This document shows, in pieces, positions 12,586 to 26,479 of a stretch of DNA of 64,000 nt. This stretch comes from Parasitella parasitica NRRL 2501 (taxonomy: Eukaryota > Fungi > Mucoromycota), in the NCBI GenBank assembly GCA_025201805.1, contig MU619266.1:1-64000 (forward strand), read 5' to 3'. The stretch's first letter is position 1. Every line of letters begins with the position of its first letter. The position numbers were made by a program, and so were the translations under genes. A model generated the notes under the pieces. The model had not been told where the DNA came from and made no database searches. It saw only the letters and a program-made list of their open reading frames with translations.

Positions 12586-13317
12586 TTTTGGCGAAAGGAA
12601 TTTGCATTTTAACTAGTTTGATGCGTACATTGACTTCTCGGGACTGCAGAGACTTCTCAGCCACTATTGTCAGTATATACCATTATCAAGGGATGTCAAG
12701 AGAATGCAAACCTCTTTAGGGACACATCCAAGTAAGATCTTGTATAGATACCAACTATCTAAGACTATATACAGTTATATTCCAGCCATTTATTTGTTGA
12801 CCAGCGGCTCTTTCAAGCCTTGTTTTGATAGTTAAGCGAATACGGGGGACATATTAAAGATTACTACGTATAACTATTGTAATATCAGTGCTAGTATATC
12901 TCAACAGGAATTTCTGATAATTGCGGCATATCTATAGAGAGAAAGAAAGAAAGGGTAGTACTAGTACATGTGGTTGTGCACCATAGCCCTCTGATCGATC
13001 TCTTTTATTACAAAAAAACGTCCAACTATTATGTCAACGTAGAAGGCTATGCAAACAAAAGCAATTAAACCGATATTGAAAAGATCAACTACAGAATGAG
13101 CCTTGTGCAAAATAAAGTTATAGACTTGATTGAGACATTTATCCAGGGACAGTTGCTCTCTATTTAAACAATATGCCGATGTAGATCATAGTAAAAAAGA
13201 ATGGCTAATGTCATACTGTATCTTGCTTGTGAATTCATAGTCACTAGCAAAGTTGGCGTAATAGTCTCATTTCTTTAATACGTATTCCTTTTTTTTGAAA
13301 TTTCTATCGAACTATAG

Positions 13318-14096
13318 ATGCCACCAAAGCTGGCGGCCGCCGTAATTGAGGCAAATGACGCTGCCAGACTCAATGAGTTGGGATATAAGCAGGTAGATGC
13401 TAATCAGGAAGTGTCGTATATAACAGATCAATAAGCGTCAATCATGCGTAACTGTATGTGTATCTTAAGAATTAAGACGGGAGTTATCAGTATTTAGGTG
13501 CCCACTCTTGAACTATATTAAGTGTTTAAAGCATAATCTAGTCAGTTGGGAATTATGGTCTGGCTTCGAGTATTGTGTGTATCTCTTCTGAATTGACTAG
13601 CTTATTCTTGTATGGCTTAAATACGGGTGGCTCAGTAGGTTGTTATTAATATGTAATAGCTACATATTGATGCTTTAAGTAATTTTAGGTAGTCATAGTT
13701 TGCGGTTGGGTTGTTGTCGCTATTTTCACTATGATGGTTGCTTTATCGATGGCTGGTAAGAAATGCTATGCAAATATGTATTTTTATGTAGATCAAGTGC
13801 TTATAAAAGAAAGATCTTCAGCATCTCCTACTTTTGGTGAGCTCTACTGGTGGGCTGCGCGTTTAAGCTCTAAAAAATATGCGCCATTATCATGGGTGAC
13901 TGGATGGTTCAATTTAATAGGCCAAATTTGCAGTAAAGGCATTGCTTTAATGATCACAGCATCGATATACGGTACATCAGGACTGATGGTACCTGAACAC
14001 CAACAGTTGATGCCACAGTCGAGGGCTACATTTCCATATGTGTTACCCATAGCATGGCCAATTCTTTGGGCCCAAACATTATAGCAGGCATAAATT
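13318..14096 (+). pseudogene. APC-family amino acid/GABA permease pseudogene (N-terminal part only)
   Basis: Fragments NDAARLNELGYKQ|ELRRELS, LFLYGLNTGG, CGWVVVAIFTMMVALSMA, PTFGELYWWAARL, WVTGWFNLIGQ and CVTHSMANSLGP. It has frameshifts and in-frame stops (e.g. TDGT*TPTV) and ends at a GTAAGT donor ~40 bp before the mini-element. Confidence 0.8.
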
Positions 14097-14134
14097 GTAA
14101 GTCGTTTCATCTAGTTTTTTTTAAGAAAAAGGTA

Positions 14135-14269
14135 CAGTATCTTTCACTCGATTATTAATAACATTCATTCATTTACCTTCTAAATTTGGAAGGTTTTTGA
14201 TTTTTTTGAATTTTAATTGGAGGTAATAAAATATTTTATTTCTAAATATTTTATTTTCTTATGATACTG
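14135..14269. mobile_element. 135-bp non-autonomous mini-element (MITE-like) related to the end of the Fanzor-like element
   Basis: Terminal inverted repeat (A)CAGTATC…GATACTG(T), flanked by TA on the left and TT on the right. Internal hairpin 14175-14194. About 65 bp closely match 2081-2145. Confidence 0.65.
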
Positions 14270-15247
14270 TTCCCAACTTTGCCAAACTCGTCAATAAGAA
14301 GTAATTCAGCAGAGGCCCTCTACATTTAGATCGCTTTTCTGAAGCCATAAATGCGTAAGTTTTATGTCAAAGTGTAATTTCAGCATGGTAACTTATCTTT
14401 GCTTCGTTTAATATTGCTGTTTTTTTGGGGGGGGGGTTTGCCTCATTACAGTGCTATTCGTCATACCTCCAGTTTGTAAGTTTATATTTTGCGCCGCATT
14501 TATTTTATTAATTTTGCTGTATGTGTGTTTGTGTAGATCCTATTAAAGCTGCCAGCACGAATTGTAGGTTTGTATACTCTAAAAAATTGAGATATCACTA
14601 ACATATTTGATTTAAATTTATTGCAGATGCTTGTTTGTCAGTAGATTTGGTATTTTTTGGAGCTGAAGGCTCGTTTTTATTTGATGCATGCAAATGATTA
14701 ACTGGCCCAGTTATTAGTGTGTCTAAAAATCCATTGGGACATGAACGATTGAAAGAGAATAGACAGGAACTCTCTAAAAATGTAGATCTTAAAAACAGCC
14801 TTCCCGACACTAATTAAAGAGTAATACTCACTGATAGGAACGGCAAACTCAAATCAGACAAAGCACAAATTTCTGAAGTTGAGATTGCATTGCAATAGGA
14901 TGTCTTCTAGCTCTAAAGCGAAGAACATCACTGCGCAATCAAACTTCTTTTTTTTTTCTATAGTAATCTAATCAGGCCTCGCTGCTGGTACAGCAGTGTA
15001 ATCTTACAACAAACTCATTATATTGATCTGAGATTACTTTCACAGGTTGAACTCGAGTAAATTAAATAAGTTGTGATATGTATCTTGAAAGATAATAAAA
15101 TTTAGTTGAAAAGAATATTGTGTAGTTGTGAGCCATAAAGAGTGAAATATTTTTTAGTTCGTGAACACAAAGTATGGACTTGCATTGCAGCACCGGCACA
15201 AGCATTATATTTTTCCTTTTCTTTCTCCCTCAACATATTTAATATAG

Positions 15248-16653
15248 ATGAAACAGAATCCAATTCTTATACCAGAAATAAGCCGAATTCTATGCAGCTT
15301 TGTAGAGACCAAAGACTTACTCAATTTAGCACTTACTTGTAGGGTACTTTATGATTCCTCTTGCCTTAGGCTGTGGAATATATTAAATCCAAAATCATAC
15401 CGTACACTCCGTAAAATCAAAAATACTTTGGATCACACAACAAGCTATAACAAATATGTATGGAAATTCTGCTTATCAGCAAGAGAAGATACGCATGATT
15501 TAGAAAGATTCTTCTTTAATAATTTCTTGTTTCCCAACCTAAGGGAATTGGAGTTCTCAAATGCAGCTGCTCAAGACCACATCGTTCATCCAATGATTGT
15601 AATGGCAAGAAAATCACTGACTTCTGTCAATTTATCACAATGCTACTGCTTATCTACGTTTGCCATTAAGCCATTATTGATTATGTCTCCTCACCAGCTA
15701 GTGTCATTAGTGTTGTACGGATGCGGTAATATGGATTCTCAAGCGATTGCCGATATCATTCTTCGTCATAGCAACACGCTAAAACGTTTGAGGCTTACGG
15801 ATATAAACGACGCTATTATAAATGTCATCAAAGCCTGTAGTAAGTTGAGTGACCTCGGCTTAGAACATTGCAGTGATACAACATTATCCGAATCAGCTCT
15901 TACACGCTTCTTTACTGTTTTGTCAAGAAATCAGGTACAATTGACGCACCTTCGTCTACGGGATATCGATAGTTTATCTTGCCAACATTTGCGCATCATT
16001 GCTGAATCAGACATTCAGACATCACTAGTCCATTTTGACATGAGTGAATGCAACAGAATTAAAGCGCCAGGTGTTTCTTGGCTTGCCACTGGGTGCATCA
16101 ATCTGCAAACGTTGCTATTGGCTTACCAAACAGGTGTTACAAACCAAGCAATACAGGTAAAAAGTTGATTTGAGCCATGTAAGAACTAGTATAATTTGAC
16201 CATACTATACAATAGTTGTTTATCAGTAACTGCCACCAATTAAAACATGTGGATGTTTCTGGTTGCCGGCTTCTGACTGATCATGCTTTTGTTCCTATTC
16301 TCGAAACACTAAATGATAACCTGATGAAGATATCTTTAGAAACACTCAACGTTAGTGGTTTGGAACTGCTATCCGGATCAATGATACACCAATTGCTCAG
16401 TAGAATTGATTCGTTGAGGGAATTATGTTTGGGTGTCACTTACGATTTAAATGCTGCAGAGCTTATTTTGCAAGCTCTTAACTTGAACGACGATCAGTTT
16501 TACATTAATACCGAGAAATTTTACACTATCAGTAAACTGTCACTTATCAATGGAGTGCCTTCTATGAATCAAATGCGATGTTTGGCGGCAGCACAGCGAG
16601 AGGTTGCGACAGCTTTGCCTTCTTCATCAGCTTGGGACCTGCCTTCATTGTAA
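15248..16653 (+). CDS. F-box-like / leucine-rich-repeat (RNI-like) protein, 2 exons
   Basis: N-terminal LIPEISRILCSFV…LLNLALTCRVLY F-box-like motif; repeated LxxLxLxxC units; intron 16157-16215. Confidence 0.8.
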
Positions 16654-17710
16654 CTTCCAGCTTGCATTCGCACTAGATATTATTAGCCATTATATGGACT
16701 ATCCGAAAACCAAATAAATTCGTGGTTTATCTACATTGTTATCGTATAGTTTCTATAATTACTATGTATAATTAATAAAATTCGTAATGCTCAATCTATA
16801 CGCTTTACTCCATAAGCCTCGGTCGCAAATTAAGAGTATTTACGTGAAGAATATGTCGATCGAGTGCTTCAATTCAGGCAAAAATATAGACTGAATACTA
16901 GCATAACGGAAATTCAATAATATTCTTAAAGTTTGTTTTTCGAAAAATGTTCTTACAGAAGCTAGCAGATCTATCATTTGTACTTGGTGCTCCAGAGCGG
17001 ATTATAATTTCGTATACCTCTGGATCTAGACTGTTCCACCACTGCGATAATCAAGCTTGAGATGTCTTGAAGAACGCAAATCAAGCTTTTTCTTACTTTT
17101 TTTTTTATTGTCTCATTACCAAGTTCCATTTTAAATGCTTTCTTTTATTATAGTAGACCATATTAGCGCAAGTTTCTTACATGGGATGTTTACAAGACGA
17201 TGCATGTGCAATATATAATAATATAATATGCATCTTACAAGAAAGACAGAGAGTGTGGAATACCCGAATTTGGCAATTTACGTTGTATCACATAAAATAT
17301 ACGCAATAATATACAGATATTAATGTTTAGGTTTACATCTGGTATATGTAGTCGCTTTTTATAAAAAGAAATAGCTTCTGTGAAGTTACAAGATATCATA
17401 GCAGAATCTCTCTCTTGATGAGGCCAAAAGATACAATTCAATGGCGATCGCTTTTATGCTTTTGCTCTCATTCAAATGTAAAAAGGAGAAAATAGTGAAT
17501 ATTATATATTTATGAGGACTTCCATCATTACACACGTGGGATGTTACCTGATATCCATCGAGGCTGGTGAACTGCACAATCAGTGAAAAGTGACATAGAC
17601 AAACTCCTTGAACCTGTTGTTACACACAAATGATTAAAGAAATTGCCCTGAACGCCCGTTTCTGTTTAAAACTTCTTTTTCACTTCTTTTCCATTTATCG
17701 CTCTATCATA

Positions 17711-20700
17711 ATGGATCAGCAGTATCAATCAGCATCCACTGCAACCTTGGAGCATGTTGGGTCACCTACTTTAGAGGCTCTCTGTCATGATCTGGATATG
17801 TTTATCAATGAATTAAACGTAAATTCTGTCAGCAACAAGTCTTCATCGTCTATCAACGAATTCAAAAAGCACAAGGAAATTACACCTCTTGAGCTGGACA
17901 AGCCTATGGTTTGTAGTAAATCAGCCCGTAAGTACTTTTTGTTGCTAACTTTATCACAGAGTTTCCAAAATGACTACTATACACACAACACACCCGCAGC
18001 AGATCACGATGAACAGGACTTTTGCCAAGGCCAGAGTAATGAAACACAATCGGCACCTACAAGCGACACGCCAAATGGGCCCAAGGTAGTCCACACTCCT
18101 CCAATGTCACCGAGTTTCTTGCGAGTTGGACATGCAAGCGCCACTAGCAGCAACGGAAGCGACTATTTTAGACAATCCAGTGACGAGTATATCTTTACAA
18201 CAAGATCGAGTTCGTTGAATCGCGCCACTTCTTCCTCGTCAGGGAAATCCATTGTGCACTTGAATAGCCGTATGGTGCCGCCTTCACCCAACAAAACGCT
18301 GATTTCGAATCCAACGTCGCCGCTAACATTTGAAATCAACACAATAGAAGAATCAGTCAGAGAGATACCCAATCATGCTTTCTTATCGTATATGACAAAC
18401 CATCTCGTCAATGCTGTTGCGCTGTTAAATGAGCGCAGAAGAATTTACTGCTCAGCAGAATACCCTTTAAGTTTTACTGGAGAAGAACTAATCGTAAGTT
18501 GTATTTAGGGTGGCAAGTGCATTGTAAACCGACAACCTTGCGTAGGACCTAATTCGAGGATTTTCTCCTCCTGGATTAAAGGATAGCATTTACTTGGATG
18601 TGGCTCAAAGCCTAATGTACTGCAAACCTGCTTTGGTTGTGCCCATTGATAGCTCTGAAAAGTCTCTTCGTAAGAAAAGAGTCTACAACTCACCTACTGA
18701 AATGTATACACTGGTTGAAGACGCCTTGGATAAGGAGATTCAAGGTATTTATACCCCCTTTACTCGCTGTTACTCTATGAGCTGTCTACCAGGACAGCCC
18801 GGCTGTTATTCCGCATCTTGTCCCAACAGAATTTATTCTCTAAACGGCTACATTTTCGAAAAACAAACGGCAATTTCTGTTGTTTCTTCTTCGTCGCATG
18901 ACACTGTGAGTATTGCACACCCTGTCCAGGCTAATTTGTTTGTGCTTATGAATCCCTTTTTTTTTTTTTTTTTTTTTTTGCTTAGGCTCTCTCACGTGCC
19001 TGGTCAGCTACCATTGCAAAGGACATCTTGAAATCAATACCTGATGATGAGATTAAACGACAAGAAGCAATTCACGAAGTAATTTACACCGAAGATGACT
19101 ATGTTCGAGATTTAAAGATTCTGGATATGGTAAGTGCATTAGAGCAGCTGACAGAAATGTGTAACTCAATTGCTGGTCTTGCAGGACTTCGCCAAAGAGT
19201 TGCTAGCCTCGCAATCGATTGAAGAGCATCGCAAGCAAGAATTTCACGATAAAGTGCTAAACAACTATCAAGAAATCCTCGAGATTCATGATGCATTATA
19301 CAAAGAGTTGAGGGATCACCAAGAGATGTGTCAAGCTACGAGTGGGATTGGAATAGTCGACAAAATTGGCGATATCTTTCTGCGCCATGTGCATCGATTT
19401 ATGGATGCTTACATTAAATATGGACCGCACGTCGTTTTAGCCGAGTACTTTGCCAAAATGGAATCCGAAACCAACATGGTATTCAAACATTTCATTCAAG
19501 CCCGAGAACAGCTAGCTCAATGCCGTCGCCTTCCGTTCCGCCATTTCATCATTCTGCCAGTAACCCGATTACAACGTTACTCACTACTATTGGGTGCAGT
19601 GTTGAAAAAGACGTCCGACGACAATCCAGATAAACAACACTTGACTGACTGCATTGAAATTATTAAAAACGTAGCGTCGAGGATGGACGAAGGCACGCTA
19701 GTCACCAAAAACACACTGCGCATCTACGAAATCAATAACCGCATTCGATATAAGCTCGGCGAACAGCACAATCTTGACCTGCTGAAGCTAGGACGTCGCT
19801 TATTACAAGAAGGCGTATTGACTCGGAAATCACACATGGCGGTAGAAACTGTCGAACTAACTGTATTTTTATTCGATCATCTCTTGCTATTCACAAAGGC
19901 GAAAAAATCTACCACAAAAGAGAATGACGTGGAGTACCATATATCAAAACGACCGATTCCTATGGAACTACTGCACATGCAAGAAGCAACAGAAGGTTTT
20001 TCGATGGGCATTAGAAACATGAGCAGTACATATGCGACGCAATCTGTAGCGACAACCACGCTACCTTCTTCCTCTCCATTTGGTGTAAGCTATCCTATTA
20101 TGCTCTCGCATCTGGGGCGAAAAGGTGCCGACTTCTTACTATACGCTGAAAGTGCTGCAGCTCGTTTAAAATGGAAAGAAAAAGTGGTACAGGCGAAAGC
20201 AATGCTGGAAATGGCAGATTTGGATAAACGAGTGTTTGAAATCCGGACCCTGAGTGATACAACATTTGCAGGGTCAAATCAGCAGTCGTCTCATAACCAT
20301 GGCAAAGTAACCTGCACTGTCCCTTTCAGTAAGTTGTCATATTACTCAATTTAAGTATATGGAGTAGATTGACTGACATGTTGCATCTGTCCGTACAGCG
20401 GGTCCAACAGGGATTAGAATGATCGCAGTCGGCACTCAGCATGGCGTCTGGATGGGCATCGAAGGAGATACCAACACAATCAAACTTGCTCTTTCTATTT
20501 CTGACGTACAGCAAATTGCTGTTCTCGAAGACCATCACATCTTTTTGATACTATCGGATAAAACGTTGTATGCGTACGCTTTAGATGCACTTATTCCTAA
20601 TGACAATACTCGTAAAACTTTCGGCGACAAACCTCATCAAAAAATCGCACAGCACATTTCCTTTTTCCATTCGGGCATCTGCAACGGCCGCACGATCGTC

Positions 20701-21435
20701 ATTGCAATGAAGAAGCGAGGAGTAGACAGTAATTTCAAGGTGCTAGAACCTATTTGTGGCGATCTACGAAGTCCAAAGAGCAGCAAATTCTTTGCTAAAT
20801 CAGGTCTTTTTGGCAAAATACCTTCATGGTTTAAGAGTTACATGGAGTTCTATATCGGCACTGAATCGTATGCCATTCATTTTTTAAAGGCTCGCGTAGT
20901 CGTTGTCTGTGCTCGTGGTTTTGAGATTATCAATTTAGACGCTCTCAACATGAACCGCAACTTGCCAGACATGGCAAATCCGGACTTTGGCTTTGTGCAT
21001 CAGCGTGGAGATGATCTGCGTCCTTTGGGCATGTTTCGATGTAGAGAGCTTTATTTACTCTGCTACGATGCCTTTGCATTCATGGTCGACGTGCACGGCG
21101 CTCTTTTCAAGGGTTCACCGTTGATCGAGTGGGAGGGCGTGCCTCAATCAGTTGCTTTCTATTACCCCTATGTCATTGGCTTTGATGCGCGATTTATAGA
21201 GATTCGACATGTAGAAACAGTAAGTATCTCGGAATTATTCGATGATTGCGTTCTACTGATTAACATGGCAACGTAGGGCGAATTGGTCCAAGTCTTGGCC
21301 GGCAATCATATGCGCTGTTTACAATTTATCAACAGTACTATTGCACCAGTTATTCATGGCTGCATGGCTCATCCGTTCAAGCCCGAATTCCAACACATTT
21401 TCCAATTGACTGGCACCTTTGAACCACCTCTTTAA
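17711..21435 (+). CDS. Rho guanine nucleotide exchange factor, Rom1/Rom2/Rgf type (DH-PH-CNH)
   Basis: DH domain (KRQEAIHEVIYTEDDYVRDL, LPVTRLQRYSLLL); PH domain (VFLFDHLLL, SKRPIPMELL); CNH domain (IEWEGVPQSVAFYYPYVIGF…IEIRHVETGELVQ). Confidence 0.9.
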
Positions 21436-21631
21436 ATGGCCTTTTTTTTTTTTTCATTTTATATATTAATATTTATCATTTCACATATTTATTTTAGTTT
21501 AATATTTATTCAATTTTACAGTTTTATTGTATCTCTCTTTTCGTTTGCTTTAAATTAAATAATCTAATACACTGTTTGCCCTTTTCATTTCTCTTCTTTT
21601 TTTGTCCTTGTTTTTTTTTTTTTTTTTTTTT

Positions 21632-21641
21632 NNNNNNNNNN
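21632..21641. other. Assembly gap (10 N) inside a poly-T tract
   Basis: Run of N in the sequence. Confidence 0.99.
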
Positions 21642-21907
21642 TTTTTTTGTTCTTTTTGGCTTGTATGGAAAGGCTCTCGACTTTTGTTACCATTAGGACG
21701 TGAATAAAACTAGTGTATAGTATTGAGATATGAGTCAATGAGCATTGCTTGTTGTCAAAGGCCCTTGATAGGCGTCCGACCCGGATCACTGTGATGGGAA
21801 GCACTGTTTGTGAAAATATTTTTAAACCTCAGAATTAGAATATTTAGTCAAACAGCAGCAGTGAACAAGATTGAATCCTCCTCTTTAATCCATTCCAAGT
21901 AGATACT

Positions 21908-22540
21908 ATGGTAAGACAATAAACGCATCCACTATTGCAACATGCAAAAACTGATAAATTGTTTATTGGGATCTAGGGTCGTGTTAGGTACGAATAAAAA
22001 TTGATTTGGGAAAAAGAAAAGAAACGGATGGATGTATTGATTGATGAGGACGTTTCTTTTTGGGATTATTACATAGAGTGTGGAAATTGTATCGACTGAC
22101 ATTTTTATCTTCATAGAACTAAGACTGTCAAGAAGGCTTCTCGTGTTGTCATCGAAAAGTACTATCCTCGTCTCACTTTGGATTTCCAAGTCAACAAGAA
22201 GATCCTCGATGAAGTCTCCATCATTCAATCTAAGCGTCTCCGTAACAAGATTGCTGGTTTCACCACTCACTTGATGAAGCGTATTTCTCGTGGTCCCGTC
22301 CGCGGTATTTCCTTCAAGTTGCAAGAAGAAGAACGTGAACGTCGTGATAACTATGTTCCCGAATTCTCTGCTTTGGATACCTCTGTCATTGAGGTTGATC
22401 CTGAGACCAAGGAGCTCCTCAAGGCTATTAACTTTGAGAACTTGCCTGGTGTCCAAGTCACCAACCCTGTTGCTGCTCAAGCTGATGTCCGTCGTGGTCG
22501 TCGTGACAACCGTGGACCTCGCCGTCCTCAAAACGAGTAA
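21908..22540 (+). CDS. RPS17: 40S ribosomal protein S17 (eS17), 3 coding exons
   Basis: ATG|intron|GGTCGTGTTAG (21977-21987)|intron|AACTAAG gives [21 protein letters not shown]…[15 protein letters not shown]. Confidence 0.97.
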
Positions 22541-22706
22541 ATTTCTTGTTTTACAATAAAAAGCAAGTGTTTTTTGATTAATTAATTAATTTAAAATAAT
22601 TGATTTTTTCATGCCCTTTTATTATCCAAGTGTCAATGAGTGAGTGATTGAGTGCTTTTTTGTTTGTGCGAGGTAGATTATAGAATAATGCAGTGGATTT
22701 ATCTTT

Positions 22707-23102
22707 CTAATTGAGTTGCAATCCTTTTGATCTTAATTCGCTCTTTGCTTGTGCAATTTCCTAATTAGAGAAAAGCAATTGTTGGTTGCTAGGCTACCAA
22801 GACAGTTGTCAACTTACTCCCATCAATTCATGATAAGCTTCAGGGCAATCACGAAAAGTGTACATGGCGTTACCAATATTACTTAGACAATAACATCCAA
22901 AGGAAATCAAAGTCCACCAAGGAAGCTATTGCAAACGAGTTAGTAAACAAAGCTATACAATCGCGTAGAGGCAAAAGAAACGTACCACAGGCACAATCTT
23001 GTCTTGTATAGTTTCTGGTAAAGGAATGAAGCCCAAATAGACAATGACATACACTGCAACAACGATAGCAGCACAGGTATAAGCTTCAGTGGCTCTGGTC
23101 AT
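22707..23102 (-). CDS. DPM3: Dolichol-phosphate mannosyltransferase subunit 3, 3 exons
   Basis: Spliced MTRATE…IVPV|LPWWTLISFGCYCL…FRDCPEAYHELM…IAQAKSELRSKGL. Confidence 0.9.
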
Positions 23103-23626
23103 TTTTATATATGTAATCGATAAACAAAAAAGACAAGACATTCCATGAAGGGTTCAATCATGATAAGCTTGATGTGACTGAATATACACTGCCAAATGAA
23201 CAATCGACACGGGCAATGCTACCCATTCTTTCTTTTTTTTTTTTTTTTTTTTTCAAAACTGGATCCACTCGCTTATATTACATGGTAAAACTTGACGTCT
23301 AGATGCTTGGATTCCATCAACATTTAATACGCTTTTTAGGCAAACGATAAAATAGTCGGTACAATAGCTTTTTTCTCGACAGTAGTCGTATTTCTCTATT
23401 ACTCAGCATGGATATTAATCATGGTACATTCAAACATTTGCAATGATTCCATTTATAGAAACTAAATTAGTTTATAATGTAGCCATTTGTCGATGAAGGA
23501 CACCCTCTACACAGCTACTTCCCAGCATGGCAATACGCTATAAAAGTGCCTTTATTGATCATGATTATAGGATTATCAGCGATATTTACATTTCTATCTC
23601 TAGTAATGATTAAAAGCAAGAAGAGA

Positions 23627-25222
23627 TCATTGTGATTTCAGCCTTTCTCTTTGCAGTTGGATCAAATACGGCTTGGCAATGCTAAAGATGATGCCACCGA
23701 GGATGATTACTATAAAATGACAATAGAAAACTTCACGCCACACTTGCAGGATCAAGGACACATGGAGTAGATCAAAGCAGGGGACCAGCATGTTGAGTAA
23801 TCCCATGGACGCAATACAAGTGGAGATGTCGTACACCCGTTTTATCAGTTTAGGCTGCTGATCTTTGTCAAGGAAGAATGGCCGAACTATTCTACGCACT
23901 TGACGAGCAATCAATTGCAGTATAGAAGCTGTCATGAAGAATACTACAATAAAAAAACACCAGACATTTGAGAAAGAATTGTACATGTATATGGTAGTAG
24001 ACCTGAACTTACTGTAAAATCCAGGGTGAAATCCATGCCACATGCTAGAGATAATATAAGTTTTGAGGGTGGTGCTTGTTGATCCAGGAGAGTCAAATCT
24101 CAAATAGACATAGTGTCGAAGCCAATGATTGGCACCAATATTCCAGTTTTCTGATAACTGCTTGTAAGACTGGGCAAACTCGCAATCCAAAACATTGACA
24201 TTGCTCAATTTATCCCACTGAGGACGCTGGCGGTCGTCCACGCCATTGAACCCAAATCCTGACAATATACAAGCTCCTTCTGACAAGGACCAGATAAAGT
24301 AGTATTTACACCTTGTTAAAAAGGCAGACATTTGAATGAAATAGATTCTACACAATGAGGTCAGTTTTTCCATGCATGTGAATAAGCTTATTTGTATACT
24401 TCTTACTTGTACCAAAACGAGCGTGATCTCCATGCCGGCTTCAATGCTTCAAAGTAGTTATATGTGGGAGCCAAATATAACAACATTACTACGAAAATCA
24501 GGCTTTTCAATAGTTGCTTTAATGCAGGACGATTGCTGGAATGCTCGTTTACAGGAGAACTGATGAAACGAGCGTAGGTCATGTATTCGCAGGTGGGACC
24601 TGTTAGAAAACCAGCAAAGAAAAATACCCAACCATAGTATTCGAGCACAGTAGGATAAGTAGCAATGCGCATTTTCTGTGTATGGCTTGAGAGCTTGCTC
24701 TGATTTGCTGGGAGACCATCCAATACATTGAAGCCGTACGAGGATAACTTTATCGTAATAATCATGAGTGCTCCGGAATAGTCGAGCTTGGTATCACCTT
24801 CGAAGCCTTTGAACTGACGACCAATGTGGCTACAGAGAGCAAAGGGCGTGGATTAGTATGCATACGCTGACACACCATGCGGGTGTGACGAGATATCCCA
24901 CTTACCAAACAGCCATGCTAGCCATGACAAATGTGAAATTGACCCAGGCTATCTTTTGATAATGACTGCAATACTTTAGCAAAAGATAGCTGATGGCCGA
25001 TATAGCCAGGACATGAATAAATCCGTCGTACAATTTTAATACGGACAGCATAATAAACGTTGTGTATAAAACCGAGAACAAATGCTTAATGTAGCTCGAT
25101 TTCAGATGCTTGAACAAGATGGCGCACGGATACGTCGATAGAATCGACAATGCCAGCTTCAAATGATCTGGAGCTACGTTTCCGCCAAGATCCAGAGATA
25201 GGTTGAGGAAAAATCTGTCCAT
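23627..25222 (-). CDS. ALE1: MBOAT lysophospholipid acyltransferase (Ale1-like)
   Basis: Motifs YSGALMIITIKLSS, FFFAGFLTGP, WNIGANHWLRHYVYLR and catalytic SMWHGFHPGFY. Confidence 0.88.
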
Positions 25223-25399
25223 TTTTTGCAATGAAAAGAAAGAAAAGATACATGTAATAGTTTAGCAGATCAAGGTAATTTATAGTAGTGCCATTAGTCC
25301 TATTTAGGGGCTCATTCAATTCTTGTGAAACGCTGGAGATGATTAAAAGGCCTCAAGGTGTAAGAAATAGGACAACCCTTTCTTCTTCTTCAAATAACC

Positions 25400-26479
25400 A
25401 TGTCCAACAAGATTGAAACCAGCCCTTTTGAAGACCCCTCAAATCCATTTCAAGACCTCTCCATTACGTCTGCATTAAATTCAACAAATGTCGAAGAAGC
25501 CGGAGACGTCTCTTTACACGACTTTAGCAACGCCACTACTTTCCACCATGTATCCGACAACCGAGATCCCTTCAGTTCCTCCCAGACGACCCTGCCGACA
25601 CAAGCGGACGACTACAGCCAACGAGAAGAAGCTCTTCGACGCAAGGAGCGTGAGTTGGCTGACAGAGAAAGAGACCTGGAGCAGCGACAGAGGCAGACAT
25701 TGCAGCGCAGAGACAACAACTTTCCGCCTTGCTTTCCAATCCTGTATCTGAACATCGTCGATGAAATTCATATTCAACACCAAACCACAGTCTTGTGGCT
25801 GTATAGAGAATGGCTCCTGTTCCTAGTTACACTCGTTATGAACTTTTTTGCTTGTCTCTGGGTCTTGTTTTCACATCCTGCCTCAGTTACAAGTGCGCCT
25901 ACAAATATGGGTGTGGCTTTAACCGAGTTGTTTACGCATTCGCTCGCAAGCTTTTTTTTGTGGTACCGCCCTGTTTACAATGGCTACATGAAGGACAACT
26001 CAATGTATTTCTGTAAGCAGTTTATATCGAGTAACAGGAACTATAACGGCCTCTAACTTGTACATGTGAATAGTCTTCTTTTTCATCTTTAACGGCTTCC
26101 ATATTCTATACACATTTTACATGGCTATTGGCATTCCCTCAACGTAAGCAGCCGTATCGGCTACAACTCATTTATACATACATGTAGCTGATAGTCATTA
26201 TTTTGATTTAGCGGTGGCGCTGGCTTGATTCTGCTGGTAACCCTATTTTCAGATCATTATATTGGCCCTGCTGTCTTGACCCTGTTGGCGACCATCTGCT
26301 GGCTGTCCATGGGCGTTTTGGCAGTGATCTTTTACAAAAAGACCTACGATCATTACAAAGCGGCTGGCCACACGTTTAACGAAGCCAAATCCGAGGCATA
26401 TTCTCATATGGGTCGCTCGACCGTTGTTAGAGAAACAGCCGTAAATGCTGTTTGGAATTCTGCCACCAATAAAAGATGA
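25400..26479 (+). CDS. Secretory carrier-associated membrane protein (SCAMP)
   Basis: N-terminal NPF/DPF motifs, coiled coil, NNFPP, four TM segments and the E-peptide LWYRPVYN. Confidence 0.9.

Noticed and set aside
22042-22099. Possible box C/D snoRNA (TGATGA…CTGA) in RPS17 intron 2
   Set aside because: Only 58 nt, no terminal stem or recognisable rRNA guide, and the CTGA coincides with the branch point CTGAC.
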